Positions 28,858 through 39,690 of a DNA stretch of 64,000 nucleotides are shown here, piece by piece. Source of the DNA: an uncultured Chloroflexia bacterium (GTDB taxonomy: Bacteria; Chloroflexota; Anaerolineae; CG2-30-64-16). Position numbers and translations under genes: made by a program. Positions within the stretch are counted from its first letter, which is position 1. Each line of letters begins with the position of its first letter. The notes under the pieces were generated by a model. It did not search any database, was not told the origin of the DNA, and worked only from the letters and a program-made list of their open reading frames with translations. The stretch is taken from assembly GCA_963810095.1 (NCBI GenBank), contig CAWEMM010000009.1, forward strand, positions 480,001 to 544,000, in the 5' to 3' direction.

Positions 28858-29038
28858 ACCTGTTTAACTGCTGGATAACATACAGCAAACCAGAACGCTT
28901 GTCAAGAGGTTAATTGAATCATCATAAAATGAGCAGGGCCCGACTGGGAGTTGACCCACATGTTGCAAGCGCAGATCGTTGTACGATGCTCGATGCGGCC
29001 GCACACGCAGGGCGGCCGACAGTGTGGGAGGTGTTCCA

Positions 29039-30217
29039 GTGCACCGATTATCACGCCACGATGTTTTGCAGCTCGCCAACCCGCAAGCCGCCGCGGGCGC
29101 GGGACCGTTCGTTTCGATCTATCAACCGGCCGATGCGCCGGGTCGCGAGAGCTTGGAGGGCCCGATCCGCTACAAGAACCTGCTCGACGAGGCCGAAGAC
29201 AGGCTGGTGAGCCAGGGCGTCAAACGCGCCGAGGCGCACGAGATCTTGCAGCAGGCTTGGGCACTGCACGGGAATGGAGAATTTCATCGCGCACCCGGGC
29301 TTGGGCTGGCGCTCTTCGCGGCGCCCGGTTTCTTCCGCTATTACCGCCTGCCGCTTGACCTCCCAGAACGGGTCGTCGTCGGCGACCGCTTTCACGTGAA
29401 GCCGCTGCTGCCGCTGCTGACGGGCGACGGCCGCTTCTATGTGCTCTCGCTCTCGCAGGGCAGCGTGCGCCTGCTCGAAGGCGACCGGCACGGGGTGAAG
29501 GAAACGGCGCTTGGCGAAGATGTGCCGAAGAGCCTCGCTGACTGGATGAAGTACACGGAGGAGGTGGAGTCGCTCCAGTTCCACACCCGCACCGATAACC
29601 CGATCAGCGCGGACGTGCGGGGGGGCGTCTTCTACGGCAGCGGAAGCGCCTCGGAGCGCGATAACAAGGATGAGATTCTCGGCTGGTTCAAGCAGTTGGA
29701 AGACGCCGTGGAGGAGAAAATGGGCCAGGACGGCGCGCCGCTGGTGCTCGCCGGGGTCGAGTACCTCCTGCCGCTCTATCGCCAGGCGAGCGGGTACAAG
29801 CACATCCTGGACGAAGCGATCACCGGTAACCAGGAAGGCACACCAGACGCCGAGCTGCACAGGCGGGCGTGGGAGTTGGTAGAGCCGCACTTTGGTGACG
29901 AAGAGCGTGCGGCGCGCGAGGCCTATGCGATCCAGGCGGGCCGCGGGACGTCGATGTCACGGCTTGGCGAGGTGCTGCGGGCTGCGCACGACGGCCGGGT
30001 CGACACGCTCTTTGTCCGCAGGGGCGCGCAGCGTTGGGGAGAGTACGACGTGCAGAAGCGCAAGGCCGAGGAGCGACCGGCAGGGGGCGAATCGCAACCC
30101 GGCGACGAGGACCTCCTCGACCTGGCAGCGACCCAGGCCCTGCTGATGGGCGGGACCGTATTCGTGGTGGACGACGTGCCGGGAAATGGCGACCTGGCCG
30201 CGGTGGTGCGCTACTAG
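29039..30217 (+). CDS. Bacterial archaeo-eukaryotic release factor homolog (baeRF3-like; possible Balon-type hibernation factor)
   Basis: VSIYQP, IRYKNLL, VVGDRFHVKPLL, FYVLSLSQ, PLVLAG, AAHDGRVDTLFV, AAVVRY; no GGQ motif. Confidence 0.8.
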   Translation: MHRLSRHDVLQLANPQAAAGAGPFVSIYQPADAPGRESLEGPIRYKNLLDEAEDRLVSQGVKRAEAHEILQQAWALHGNGEFHRAPGLGLALFAAPGFFRYYRLPLDLPERVVVGDRFHVKPLLPLLTGDGRFYVLSLSQGSVRLLEGDRHGVKETALGEDVPKSLADWMKYTEEVESLQFHTRTDNPISADVRGGVFYGSGSASERDNKDEILGWFKQLEDAVEEKMGQDGAPLVLAGVEYLLPLYRQASGYKHILDEAITGNQEGTPDAELHRRAWELVEPHFGDEERAAREAYAIQAGRGTSMSRLGEVLRAAHDGRVDTLFVRRGAQRWGEYDVQKRKAEERPAGGESQPGDEDLLDLAATQALLMGGTVFVVDDVPGNGDLAAVVRY

Positions 30218-30246
30218 CAGGTTAGCACATCAACTTGGCTTCGATG

Positions 30247-30283
30247 CAGAGACCTTCGGGGCTTGCACAACCCCGAAGGTCTG
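30247..30283. repeat. Hairpin between convergent genes (REP-like or terminator)
   Basis: CAGAGACCTTCGGGG...CCCCGAAGGTCTG. Confidence 0.55.
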
Positions 30284-30290
30284 GCACACC

Positions 30291-31925
30291 TCATCGCTCG
30301 GGTATCTGCTTCAGCGTCTCGATCAGCAAGTCGTTGAGCATTCCCACCGTCGACACCTGCAAGCGCTCGCCGGTCGTATGCACGTCCTTGAGCGTGGGCC
30401 CGATTGAGATCGCCTCCATCCCGGGATAGCTCGCCACAATCGTGCCGCACTCCAGCCCCGCATGGACGGCCTGCACTTCCGGCTCCTTCCCGTACAGGTC
30501 CTGATATACCCGCTTCATCAGGAGCAGGATTTGCGAGTCCGGATCGGCCTTCCAGCCGGAGAAGCGGTTATTGAAAGCGACGGAAGTGCTTGCGAGGTCC
30601 CACACACTCGCGACCATGGCCGAGAGGTCGTCCAGCTCGGAGTCGACCGAGCTCCGGAGGTAACAGATGACCTCAAGCCCGCCGTTGCCCAGGCTGACAA
30701 TGCCCATATTGGTTGAGGTCTCCACGAGACCTTCGACCTCGTCGCTCATGCGTATCACGCCCTGGGGGTTGGCGTAAAGCGCATCGATCAGGGTCTGCTG
30801 CGCGGCTTCATCCATGACTTTGGCGGGCATGCCGGCCGCGGTCGCATTGACCTGCAGCCCGGGTTCGACTGCCGCAAGCTCGCTCTTGACCGTTGTCTCG
30901 TAATCCTTGACGTCGGCCACGAACGCATCACGCTTGTCGTCGGGAACGACGACGAGCGCGGTGGCCGACGTCGTGATGGCGTTCGCAGCGGTCCCGCCGG
31001 CGAGGCTCGCCAGCCTGACCCCGTCCGTCCTGGACAGCTGCGACAGGAGCCGCACGAGCAGCTTGGTGGCGTGGCCGCGACCCAGGTCGATGTCGACTCC
31101 CGAGTGGCCGCCCTTAAGCCCGTCGATCGTAATCGAGTAGGCGGTGGTGGCGGCAGGAGCCGGCGCCTCTGCGTAGGTGTTGCTGATGTCCGCGTAGACG
31201 CCGCCCGCACTGCCGATGGTGAAAACGCCTTCGTCCTCCGAGTCGAGGTTGATCAGGATCGAACCGTTGAGGACGCCGGGCTGGAGCCCGAGCGCGCCGT
31301 CCATCCCGTCCTCTTCATTGACTGTCAGCAGCGCCTCGATGGGGCCGAGGGACAGCGTCTTGGATTGCAGGATCGCCATGATCAGGGCCAAGCCGATGCC
31401 ATCGTCGGCGCCCAGGGTGGTATCGCCTGCCACGACCCAGTCGTCTTCAACGTATGCCTGAATCGGGTCGTTCTCCCAGTCGTGCGTCACGCCCGGCGCG
31501 GTCTGCCCGACCATGTCCATGTGGCCCTGCAGGATCACCCCCTGGCGGTTTTCCATGCCGGCGGCTGCCGGCTTGCGGATAATGACGTTGCCCAACGCGT
31601 CGACTTCCGTCTCGAGCCCCAGGTCGCGGCCGAACTGCGCGAGGAAGGCGCTGATCTTCTCCTCATGGTGCGACGGCCGCGGGACCTGCGTGATTGCGTA
31701 GAAGTTCTCGAAGACGTCTGCGGGGTTCATGCTGGCCGCCACACCGGCGAGCGGCACCCGTCCGGTTGGGGCCGGCGTAATGGCTGAAGGCACACTGGTC
31801 GCCGGCGCTGCGCCGGCTGACGGCAGTTCGACGGTGGCTGGAGGCGGCGCCGGCACGGCAACGCACCCTGAGGCGAGTAGGACGGCGAGGGCCAACGTGA
31901 CGAGGGTAGGCGGGAGGCTTTTCAT
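30291..31925 (-). CDS. pepD: M20C dipeptidase (aminoacyl-histidine dipeptidase) with lipoprotein signal
   Basis: VPRPSHHEE, LQGHMDMV, TTLGADDGIG, NEEDG, GGHSG, VHAGLECG; N-terminal LLASGC. Confidence 0.88.
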   Translation of the reverse strand: MKSLPPTLVTLALAVLLASGCVAVPAPPPATVELPSAGAAPATSVPSAITPAPTGRVPLAGVAASMNPADVFENFYAITQVPRPSHHEEKISAFLAQFGRDLGLETEVDALGNVIIRKPAAAGMENRQGVILQGHMDMVGQTAPGVTHDWENDPIQAYVEDDWVVAGDTTLGADDGIGLALIMAILQSKTLSLGPIEALLTVNEEDGMDGALGLQPGVLNGSILINLDSEDEGVFTIGSAGGVYADISNTYAEAPAPAATTAYSITIDGLKGGHSGVDIDLGRGHATKLLVRLLSQLSRTDGVRLASLAGGTAANAITTSATALVVVPDDKRDAFVADVKDYETTVKSELAAVEPGLQVNATAAGMPAKVMDEAAQQTLIDALYANPQGVIRMSDEVEGLVETSTNMGIVSLGNGGLEVICYLRSSVDSELDDLSAMVASVWDLASTSVAFNNRFSGWKADPDSQILLLMKRVYQDLYGKEPEVQAVHAGLECGTIVASYPGMEAISIGPTLKDVHTTGERLQVSTVGMLNDLLIETLKQIPER

Positions 31926-31982
31926 TGCGCATGCTCCTTCCAGCGAGCGAACCGAGCGGCGCCATTGCGAACCGGTAGCGCG

Positions 31983-32047
31983 AGTTTATCATCTTTCTTC
32001 ACAAAGTCAACGAAGCAAATTGACTTAGCGCGGGTAAGTGATAAGAT
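31983..32047. promoter_or_regulatory. Back-to-back divergent sigma70 promoters
   Basis: TTGACT on each strand (32005-32010 minus; 32020-32025 plus), each 16 nt from a TGn-extended -10 (TAAACT; TAAGAT). Confidence 0.6.
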
Positions 32048-32377
32048 GAACTGGATCGTTCGCGCCTGGACTGCCTGTCCCGTCGATCAATGACTACCCT
32101 CCGCAAGCGCTCGCTCCGGGAGGCGTGCCGTGTCCCGCCATTCTTGCAGGCCCGTTCTCGGAGGCCGGCCCTTGACCCGGCCGCTGCTTCTGCGGCCCGC
32201 GTCACGGCAGCGCCGCATCCTCACACCCGTGTCAAACGTCTTCATGTATGCCGGCACGCAACTATGTCGGTGCACCACCCATTCGCTTGTTCGCTTGCAG
32301 ACACCCATTCAGCGTGGCCTGACGCAGGCTTGTCGTCCAGCCCTATGCGCCGGCTGTTTACCAGGGAGGCTCGTCCC

Positions 32378-34720
32378 ATGAAGCTTTCGGGATTTCGAGG
32401 TCTCACCCGCCGCCTTGTTGGCGTCTCTGCATTTTCCTGCCTGTGCCTCGCGTTGAGCCTTTTCGTCCTGAGCGGTTGCGTCCCGGTTCCACTCGCCCCG
32501 TCCGCCCCAGCCCCCGCGGTACGAGGTGTGGATGCGCCGGCCGCCACCGAGCCCGCGCCAGATGCTGCCGGCGAAATCACGCCGCGGATGTTGGTGGCCC
32601 CCGGGGCCCTGATGGGGCCATCCCCATCCAGCTTTGCCTGGAGCCCGGTGGACGCGCGCCTCGCCTACGTTGAGCCTGCCGGCGGAGTCGACATGTTGTG
32701 GGTGCTGGATGCGGCGACGGGCGCAAAACGAGTCGTCCTGGATCCGGGCAAGCTCAGCGGCGCGGCCAAAGACGCGGCAATCGACCTGACCACGGCACAG
32801 TGGTCGCCAAAGGGCGACCGGTTGCTGCTAGCGGGTGCAGACTCGTTGTGGCTCCTCGACCTGCCCTCGGGGGAACTCGAAACGCTTGTCTCGGGTGCGG
32901 GCAACCGGACCGCCGCCGCGTTCGTGCCCGATGGCGGCTCGGTGTCCTACGTCCAGGATAACGATCTGTACCTGGTCGGCATCGCCGACCGTGAAGTACA
33001 GCGGATAACCCGGGACGGCGGCGAGACGGTTTTCAACGGAGCGCTGGACTGGGTCTATAACGAGGAGCTGGCGACGCGGGCGGCGCAGCCGGGCTACGGC
33101 TGGTCGCCGGACGGCAATCTCCTGATGTTCCTCCGCCTCGACGAGACCGCAGTCCCGAACGATCCGACGACCGATTTCCGGCATGTGCCGGCCACGGTCA
33201 GCTACACGCGTTACCCAACGGCCGGCGGCCCCAACCCGATCGCCAGCCTGCATGTCCACGCCATGGGCGCCACTGCGCCCCCGCTCACGGTCCCGCTGCC
33301 CGAAGGCGCCGAGTACGTGCTGCCGTTCTTTACCTGGACGCCTGACTCCAATCATGCGCTCTTTATTACTGTGAACCGCGACCACACGGAGTTGCTGCTG
33401 AACCGGTATACGCCGCAGAGCGGGGAGCTGCGCACGTTGATCAAAGAGACGGCTCCCGACTGGATCAACGAAGAACGGTACGCCGCGCCCGTCTTCGTGG
33501 GCGATGGCAGCCAGTTCTTGTGGCTCTCCGAACGCGACGGATTCATGCACCTCTACCTGTACGGTGCGGACGGCACGCTGGTCCGGCAGTTGACACAGGG
33601 CGACTGGATGATCGATTCGACCGGCTGGAACGTGCTTACGCCGGGCAAGCCGGTGCAGGCCGACCCGGCCGGCGCCTGGGCCTACTTCATCGCAACCCGG
33701 AACAGCCCGCTCGAGCGCCAGGTGTACCGGGTGAACACCGGCACGGGGCAACTTGAGCAGGTCTCGCAGGAACCGGGATTGCACGCAGAGGCGCTCTCGA
33801 GCGACGGGCGCTACCTGGTCGAGCAGTTCTCCGATGTAAACACGCCGCCCGTCACGCGCATCACCCCGACCGACGGCGGCCCGGCCCAGGTGATGACGAA
33901 GGCGGCCGGACCTGCCATCGCGTTGCCCGACCTGACGCGCGAGTTCGTGACGCTCAAAGCCCACGATGGCGTCGACCTCTACGCCCAGTTGGTCAAGCCG
34001 GCCGGTTTCGACCCGGCGCGTAAGTACCCCGTCGTCGTTCACTGGTATGGTGGGCCGGGCCTGCAGATGGTCTCGAACCGCTACGGCGCGACGAACATCT
34101 TCAACAACATCGAACGCGACGTGCTCTACACGCAGGCGGGCTACCTGGTGTGGCGGCTCGACAACCGGGGCAGCGCGGGCCGGGGCCACGCGTTCGAGGC
34201 GCCGATCTTTGGCGAGTTGGGCCGCGCCGCACTGGACGACCAGCTGGCGGGTATCGAATACCTTCGCACCCTACCCTACGTCGACGCAAGCCGCATCGGG
34301 ACGGACGGCAAGTCGTTCGGTGGCTACATGACGCTGTACGCGTTGATCAACGCGGCCGACGTCTTCCGCTGCGGGGTGGCCGGCGCGCCGCCGACGGACT
34401 GGAGTTACTACGACACCATCTATACCGAGCGTTACATGCGGACGCCGAAGTTGAATGCGGGCGGTTACGCTGCGACGAATCTGATCGAGAAGGTGGCGCA
34501 GCTCAAGAACGCGCCGCTGCTGATCCACGGGCTGAACGATACGAACGTACACTTGCAGAACACCGTCAACTTCGTCGAGGCCCTCGAGGCCGCGGACAAG
34601 CCGTTTGGCTTCATTCCGCTGCCAAACCGCGGCCACAGTTTCAAGGGCGATGGCCTGGTGGCCGCCCTGATCGCAAGCGTCGATTATTTCGAGGGGTGTC
34701 TTTCGACCCCCACTAAGTGA
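32378..34720 (+). CDS. S9B dipeptidyl peptidase IV-like lipoprotein
   Basis: GGGAGG RBS; LSGC lipobox; DWVYNEE, YGGPG, DNRGS, GKSFGGY, YDTIYTERYM, HGLNDTNVH, RGHSF. Confidence 0.92.
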   Translation: MKLSGFRGLTRRLVGVSAFSCLCLALSLFVLSGCVPVPLAPSAPAPAVRGVDAPAATEPAPDAAGEITPRMLVAPGALMGPSPSSFAWSPVDARLAYVEPAGGVDMLWVLDAATGAKRVVLDPGKLSGAAKDAAIDLTTAQWSPKGDRLLLAGADSLWLLDLPSGELETLVSGAGNRTAAAFVPDGGSVSYVQDNDLYLVGIADREVQRITRDGGETVFNGALDWVYNEELATRAAQPGYGWSPDGNLLMFLRLDETAVPNDPTTDFRHVPATVSYTRYPTAGGPNPIASLHVHAMGATAPPLTVPLPEGAEYVLPFFTWTPDSNHALFITVNRDHTELLLNRYTPQSGELRTLIKETAPDWINEERYAAPVFVGDGSQFLWLSERDGFMHLYLYGADGTLVRQLTQGDWMIDSTGWNVLTPGKPVQADPAGAWAYFIATRNSPLERQVYRVNTGTGQLEQVSQEPGLHAEALSSDGRYLVEQFSDVNTPPVTRITPTDGGPAQVMTKAAGPAIALPDLTREFVTLKAHDGVDLYAQLVKPAGFDPARKYPVVVHWYGGPGLQMVSNRYGATNIFNNIERDVLYTQAGYLVWRLDNRGSAGRGHAFEAPIFGELGRAALDDQLAGIEYLRTLPYVDASRIGTDGKSFGGYMTLYALINAADVFRCGVAGAPPTDWSYYDTIYTERYMRTPKLNAGGYAATNLIEKVAQLKNAPLLIHGLNDTNVHLQNTVNFVEALEAADKPFGFIPLPNRGHSFKGDGLVAALIASVDYFEGCLSTPTK

Positions 34721-34731
34721 GGAGGAATCAC

Positions 34732-36128
34732 ATGAAGCCCCGTACCTGCGTTCAAATTGCCCTGACCGCCTTGGCCATCCTGGTCCTCGCGGCCTGCTCG
34801 CCGGGCCAGTTGCCCTTGCCACCCTTGCAGGCGCCGACCGCAGCAGAGCCGACCACGGCCCCTGCACAGCCGACCGCCGCGGTGGAACAGCCCGCAACCG
34901 TGGTTCCGCCGGCGCCGACGGCCGAGGTCCCCACGACCGCTGCACCCGAACCGGCTGCGACGGCGCCGGTCGCCGGCACATCCGGCTTGCAGCTTCCTTC
35001 GCAGGAGCAATGCGACGGCCTGGCCCAGCTGCTTTCTGAGGCGCTGTCGCGTGCCACGGGCCAGTCGACGCCGTTGGAGATTACCGAGTCCGAAGTCCCG
35101 ATGACCGACCCCTCCAATGGTGCGACGGGCACCGGCTGCCGAGCGATGGCCACGGGCACCGGCACGCAGTTTGGCAGCCCCGACGCGGTCATGAAGCAGA
35201 TCACGGCCGTCTTTGTCGAGGGCGGCTGGCAGGAAGACATCAAGCTCGCCGCAGGCGGGCCGACGGGCATCGGCTCGGGGTTCCGCGCGGGCGACCTGGT
35301 GAGCATGGCCTTTGCCGGCTGGCAGCCGGATGCGGTCACCACCTGCCCGAGCGATCAGCCGATTTCGGCATGCCAGGTGCCACCCGAGCACCAGGCATAC
35401 ACCATCACGTTGGACACGGCGCGCGAGGCCGCCGCAAGCAGCGCTTCGATGGCGAACCCGGCTTCGGTGAACTGTGAGAAGGTGGGCGGCTCGCTCAAGA
35501 TCGAGGAGCGGCCGGACGGCGGGCAGTACGGCGTGTGCATGTTTGCGGACAACATGCAGTGCGAGGAGTGGGCGCTGATGCGCGGCGAGTGCCCGGCGGG
35601 CGGCGTCAAGGTGACGGGCTACACCACGCCCGCGGCCACGCTTCTGCGCCATCACCGGCGGCGCCTATAGCGTATCGAGCAACAACGGCCAGGCGAACGA
35701 GCGCGGCGTGTGTGCTCTGCCCGATGGCAGGCAGCTGCGAGGTGTGGAGTTACTACCTCGGCGGCTGCGAGTCGCCCGTGATCGGCATGGCGAATCCTGC
35801 GTCTGTGAATTGCGAAAAGCAGGGCGGGAAGGTGCAGATCGAAGAGCGGGCCGACGGCGGGCAGTACGGGGTGTGCTACTTCGAGGATAACCGGCAGTGC
35901 GAAGAGTGGGCGCTGCTCCGCGGGCAGTGCCCGGTGGGCGGCGTTAAGGTGACGGGCTATACCACGCCGGCCGCGACCTACTGTGCTATCACCGGCGGCA
36001 CCTACACCGCGACCGGCAACTCGGGGCAGCCGAACGAAGCGGGGACATGTGCGCTGCCGGGCGGGACGCAGTGCGATGTGTGGAGCTATTACCAGGGCGC
36101 ATGCCCCGCGGCAGGCGCGACCCAGTAA
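34732..36128 (+). CDS. Cys-rich lipoprotein with two tandem DUF333-containing repeats; frameshifts near 35640-35740
   Basis: LAAC lipobox; MANPASVNCEK.GG...CEEWAL.RG.C occurs twice. Confidence 0.8.
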
Positions 36129-36374
36129 TCCCCGGCGCGGCCCGCTTAGCCGCAGCAACGAACCCTTCAGCGCCCCACCCGTTGCGACGCCTGTAGCACC
36201 GGGTGGGGAAGTTCGGGCTGGCCCGATCCCCTGAGCCCGTTAGGTGGGTGGTGGCTGGGAAACTAGACGAACGTCTAGCCGCTTGTGGCTTCATAAGCTG
36301 TTGCAATTGTCACACGCGTCCCTTACACTGGTGTAACCGCCTGCGCTCCGAACTTGCTACGGGAGGTCCCTACT

Positions 36375-39082
36375 GTGATACGTGCTATCGCCAAGCTTCT
36401 GTTCCGTTTCGCCGTTCTGTGGTTCATCGATGCCGTTTCGATCGCGTTTACCGCCTGGCTTCTGGCGGGCGTCAACCTGGTCCCCACGGATGGCTCCATC
36501 TGGGTGACGGCCGCCGGCGCGGCCTTCATGCTGGGCATCGTCAACTTGCTCATCCGGCCGATTATCCTGTTGCTGGCGCTGCCGCTTGGCTTCTTTGTGA
36601 TCTTCGGCGTCGGTTTTGTCGTGAATGCCGTGGCAATCCTGATCACGGCCTCGCTGCTGCCGGCGTTCCAGGTGGACGGCTTTCTCGCGGCCTTTCTGGC
36701 CGGCATCATCATGGCCGTCATCAACACGCTTGCCGTCAGCGTGATCTCGATCGACGACGACGATTCATTCTTCCAGGGGCTTGCGGAGCGGCTGGCCAAC
36801 CGGCAGAAGCCGGACACAGATAAGCTCGCAGGGCACGGCCTGGTGATGCTTGAGATCGACGGCTGCAGCTACCATCACATGAAGCAGGCGCTCGAGACCG
36901 GCCGCATGCCCAACATGAAGCGGCTGATGGACGAGGAGGGGTACCAATTGACGTTGGTGGACTGCGGCCTCCCATCGCAGACCTCCGCCTGTCAGGCCGG
37001 CATTCTCTTTGGCGACAGCTACGACATCCCCGCTTTCCGTTGGTATGACAAGGAGCGCGGCAGGACATTCGTATCCGGCAAGGACGCCGGCGAGATCAAC
37101 GCGCGTTATGCGAAGGGTAATGGCCTGCTGCGTGGCGGTTCAAGCATCAACAACATGATGAACGGCGATGCCGCAAAGTCGCTGCTGACGCTCGCGGACC
37201 TGAAGACTGGCACGCCCGAGGAGAAGAAGGCGCGGGCGCGCGACATCTACCTGCTGATGATCAACCCGTACTTCATCATGCGGACCGTCGTGCTGGTGAT
37301 CGGCGGATGCGCTAGTGGAAGTGTGGCAGTACTTCCGGGACAAGCGGCGCAAGGTCCAGCCGCTGCTCGAACCGTATGAAGCACGGCTATCCGCTTGATG
37401 CGTGCCGCGTGCACGGTCTTCATGCGTGACGTCGCCGAATATCTCGTGACGCTGGACATCGTGCGCGGCGCGCCGGCGATTTACGCCACGTGGCCGGGCT
37501 ACGACGAGGTCGCGCACCATACGGGCCCGTCCACTGAGGCGGCCCTCTCACGTCCTCGCAAAGTATGACCGCACCGATCGGCCGCGTCGCCGACGTCATC
37601 CGGCGGAAGAGCGCCGCGGCCTTACGACCTGATCATCCTCTCGGATCACGGCCAGTCGTTTGGCGCCACCTTCAAGCAGCGCTACGGCTTCAGCCTCATG
37701 GAGTTCATCGAGCAGCACCTACCCGAGGGCGTCGGGGGTCGACCGTGCTACGGCGGCGACGACGGCACGATTGCGCTTGTTGCGGTCAGCGGCGAGTTGG
37801 AGAACATGGCCGGCGCAGGACGTCGGCGGGAAGGTCGGCCGGCCGGTGGCGCCGCAGCGGCCAGCAAGGCCTTGGAGGCGGGCGCCGCAGGCGGCGCCAA
37901 GAAGGAGACCGAGACGAAGGATGCCGGCTGCCAAGCCGCGCCGCCGTCACCGTCTTCGGCAGCGGCAACCTGGCCCGGTCTACTTCCACTTCTCGAACAA
38001 CCGCGTGACCCGGCCCGAGCTCGAGCCACGTACCCGGGCCTTTTCCCGGCGCTCCTCGAACACGAGGGCGTCGGCGTGGTCCTGGCGTACGAGGGCGACG
38101 GCACGCCCATCGTGTGGGGCAAGACCGGCAACCGCAACCTGCGCACGGGCGCCGTCGAGGGCGACGAGCCGCTGAAGATGTACGGCGATCCCAGCGTGCG
38201 CGCCGAGCAGCTGTGCCGGCTGGCCGACTTCCCCAACAACGGCGACCTGACCGTCTTCAGCACGGTCTACGCGGACGGCACCGTCGCGGCGATGGAGGAA
38301 CTTATCGGCAGCCACGGAGGCATGGGCGGGGTGCAGACAGACGCGTTCCTGTTCCACCCGGCTGCGATCCAGGTGCCGCCCATCACGAACGCGACCGGCG
38401 TCTTCCAGGTGCTGGACGCTCGCCGGCGTGCGCCTGTCATGCCCGGGGAGTTGCCGAAGCCCGTGAAGGAAGCGACGAATTCGCACCCACCAAGTCTGGG
38501 CCGGCATCACCCGGGTGCGAGAGTGGCTACCCCTGGCCGCGCGTGCGCTGGTGCTCAACCAGGACGCCTACGCAACAGTAGTCCGGCGCCCTTCGATGAC
38601 CGGCCCGGCGCTGCTGATCGCGCTCGTGATGGCGGTCTTGGCAGGGCTCATCCGTCGCGGTGGCTTCAACCTGCAATCCACGGTTGAGGCGCTGCTGAGC
38701 TTCGCGCTCGCGACCGGGATCGTCTTCGTCACCGGACGGGTGCTCAACAAGGGCCGGGCGCGCGCCCAGGACCAGTACACGGCAACGTACGGCGGGGTGG
38801 TGCGTGCGCTTGGCTTTGCCCAGGTGGTCGCCCTGGTACAGGTGCTGACGTTGATCCCGGTGCTCGGCAACTTCGCGGGGGTTCTCAGCACGGCGCTCCG
38901 GATCTTTGCGGTCTGGATCGCTGCGGCAACGGCTCATGATCTCCGCGGCTGGCGCGCAGTCCTCTTCCCCGTGGTCATGTTCCTGCGTGATATTGGTGTC
39001 GTTCGCGGTAACCGTGGTCCTGCTGCAGGGCGCCGCCCTGAGCCTGACCACCTTGGCTCAGGACTTGGGGTTCGGGGGTTGA
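36375..39082 (+). CDS. Membrane fusion: 4-TM phage-holin-like (DUF360-type) + alkaline phosphatase/phosphodiesterase superfamily + Yip1-like domain; several frameshifts
   Basis: GIVNLLIRP...FVVNA; EIDG, PSQTSACQAGIL, GYDEVAH, LSDHGQ, GSHGGMGG.QTDAF; C-terminal VVRALGFAQ...HDLRGWR. Confidence 0.7.
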
Positions 39083-39684
39083 ACTGAAGGCGCAGTCGCC
39101 TGGGCGGCGGCGGCTGCGGCCGCCGCCTGGCGCTCCTGCGCCTCGATCGCCGCTCGCTCGGTAGCCAGCCTGGTGCGTCGCTTCAGGAGAACTGCCTGCA
39201 AATGCGCTTCGAGCGGGCCCGCGTCACCCTCGGCCGGCATGAAGTAAATCACAAACGTGTCGGCGAAGTGGTCCTGAAATGCCTGGCGGCGGTTGTCGAC
39301 GAGGACCACGAGAAAGCCCCAGAAGAGGGGCAGACTAACGATATAGCCCACGAAGCGCTTGAAAGACTTCCGGCCCGTCACGCGGCTGCCGTCGGTGCGC
39401 ACCACCCGCAGGCCCATGACGCGCTTTCCGATCGTTTGACCGCCCGCCGCAACCAGCCCCACGAAGTACGCGATCCACAACACGACCCCGAAACCGGCCG
39501 TCAGCAGCGCAGTGAACCGCTTCGTCGCCTGGCCCAGCCCCAAGGCGTCAACCAGGAATTGGCCAACCACGGTAATGATCGTGATGACTGCGACGAGGAT
39601 CGCGATATCGATCGTGATCGCAATCAACCGTGAGACGAACCCGGCGGGCCGTCCTTGCTCAGCTAGCTGCAGGTCTGCACGCAT
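39058..39684 (-). CDS. RDD family membrane protein
   Basis: AGFVSRLIAITID, GQTIGKRVMGLRVV, RQAFQDHFADT. Confidence 0.9.
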   Translation of the reverse strand: MRADLQLAEQGRPAGFVSRLIAITIDIAILVAVITIITVVGQFLVDALGLGQATKRFTALLTAGFGVVLWIAYFVGLVAAGGQTIGKRVMGLRVVRTDGSRVTGRKSFKRFVGYIVSLPLFWGFLVVLVDNRRQAFQDHFADTFVIYFMPAEGDAGPLEAHLQAVLLKRRTRLATERAAIEAQERQAAAAAAAAQATAPSVQPPNPKS

Positions 39685-39690
39685 CTCAGA

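Noticed and set aside
36129-36360. Known ncRNA (SRP, 6S, glycine riboswitch) in a multi-hairpin intergenic region
   Set aside because: Hairpins are present but I could not match any family consensus; more simply a terminator plus promoter
36375-36760. Prophage suggested by the holin-like domain
   Set aside because: No endolysin, structural or integrase genes; the domain is fused to a phosphatase-fold enzyme
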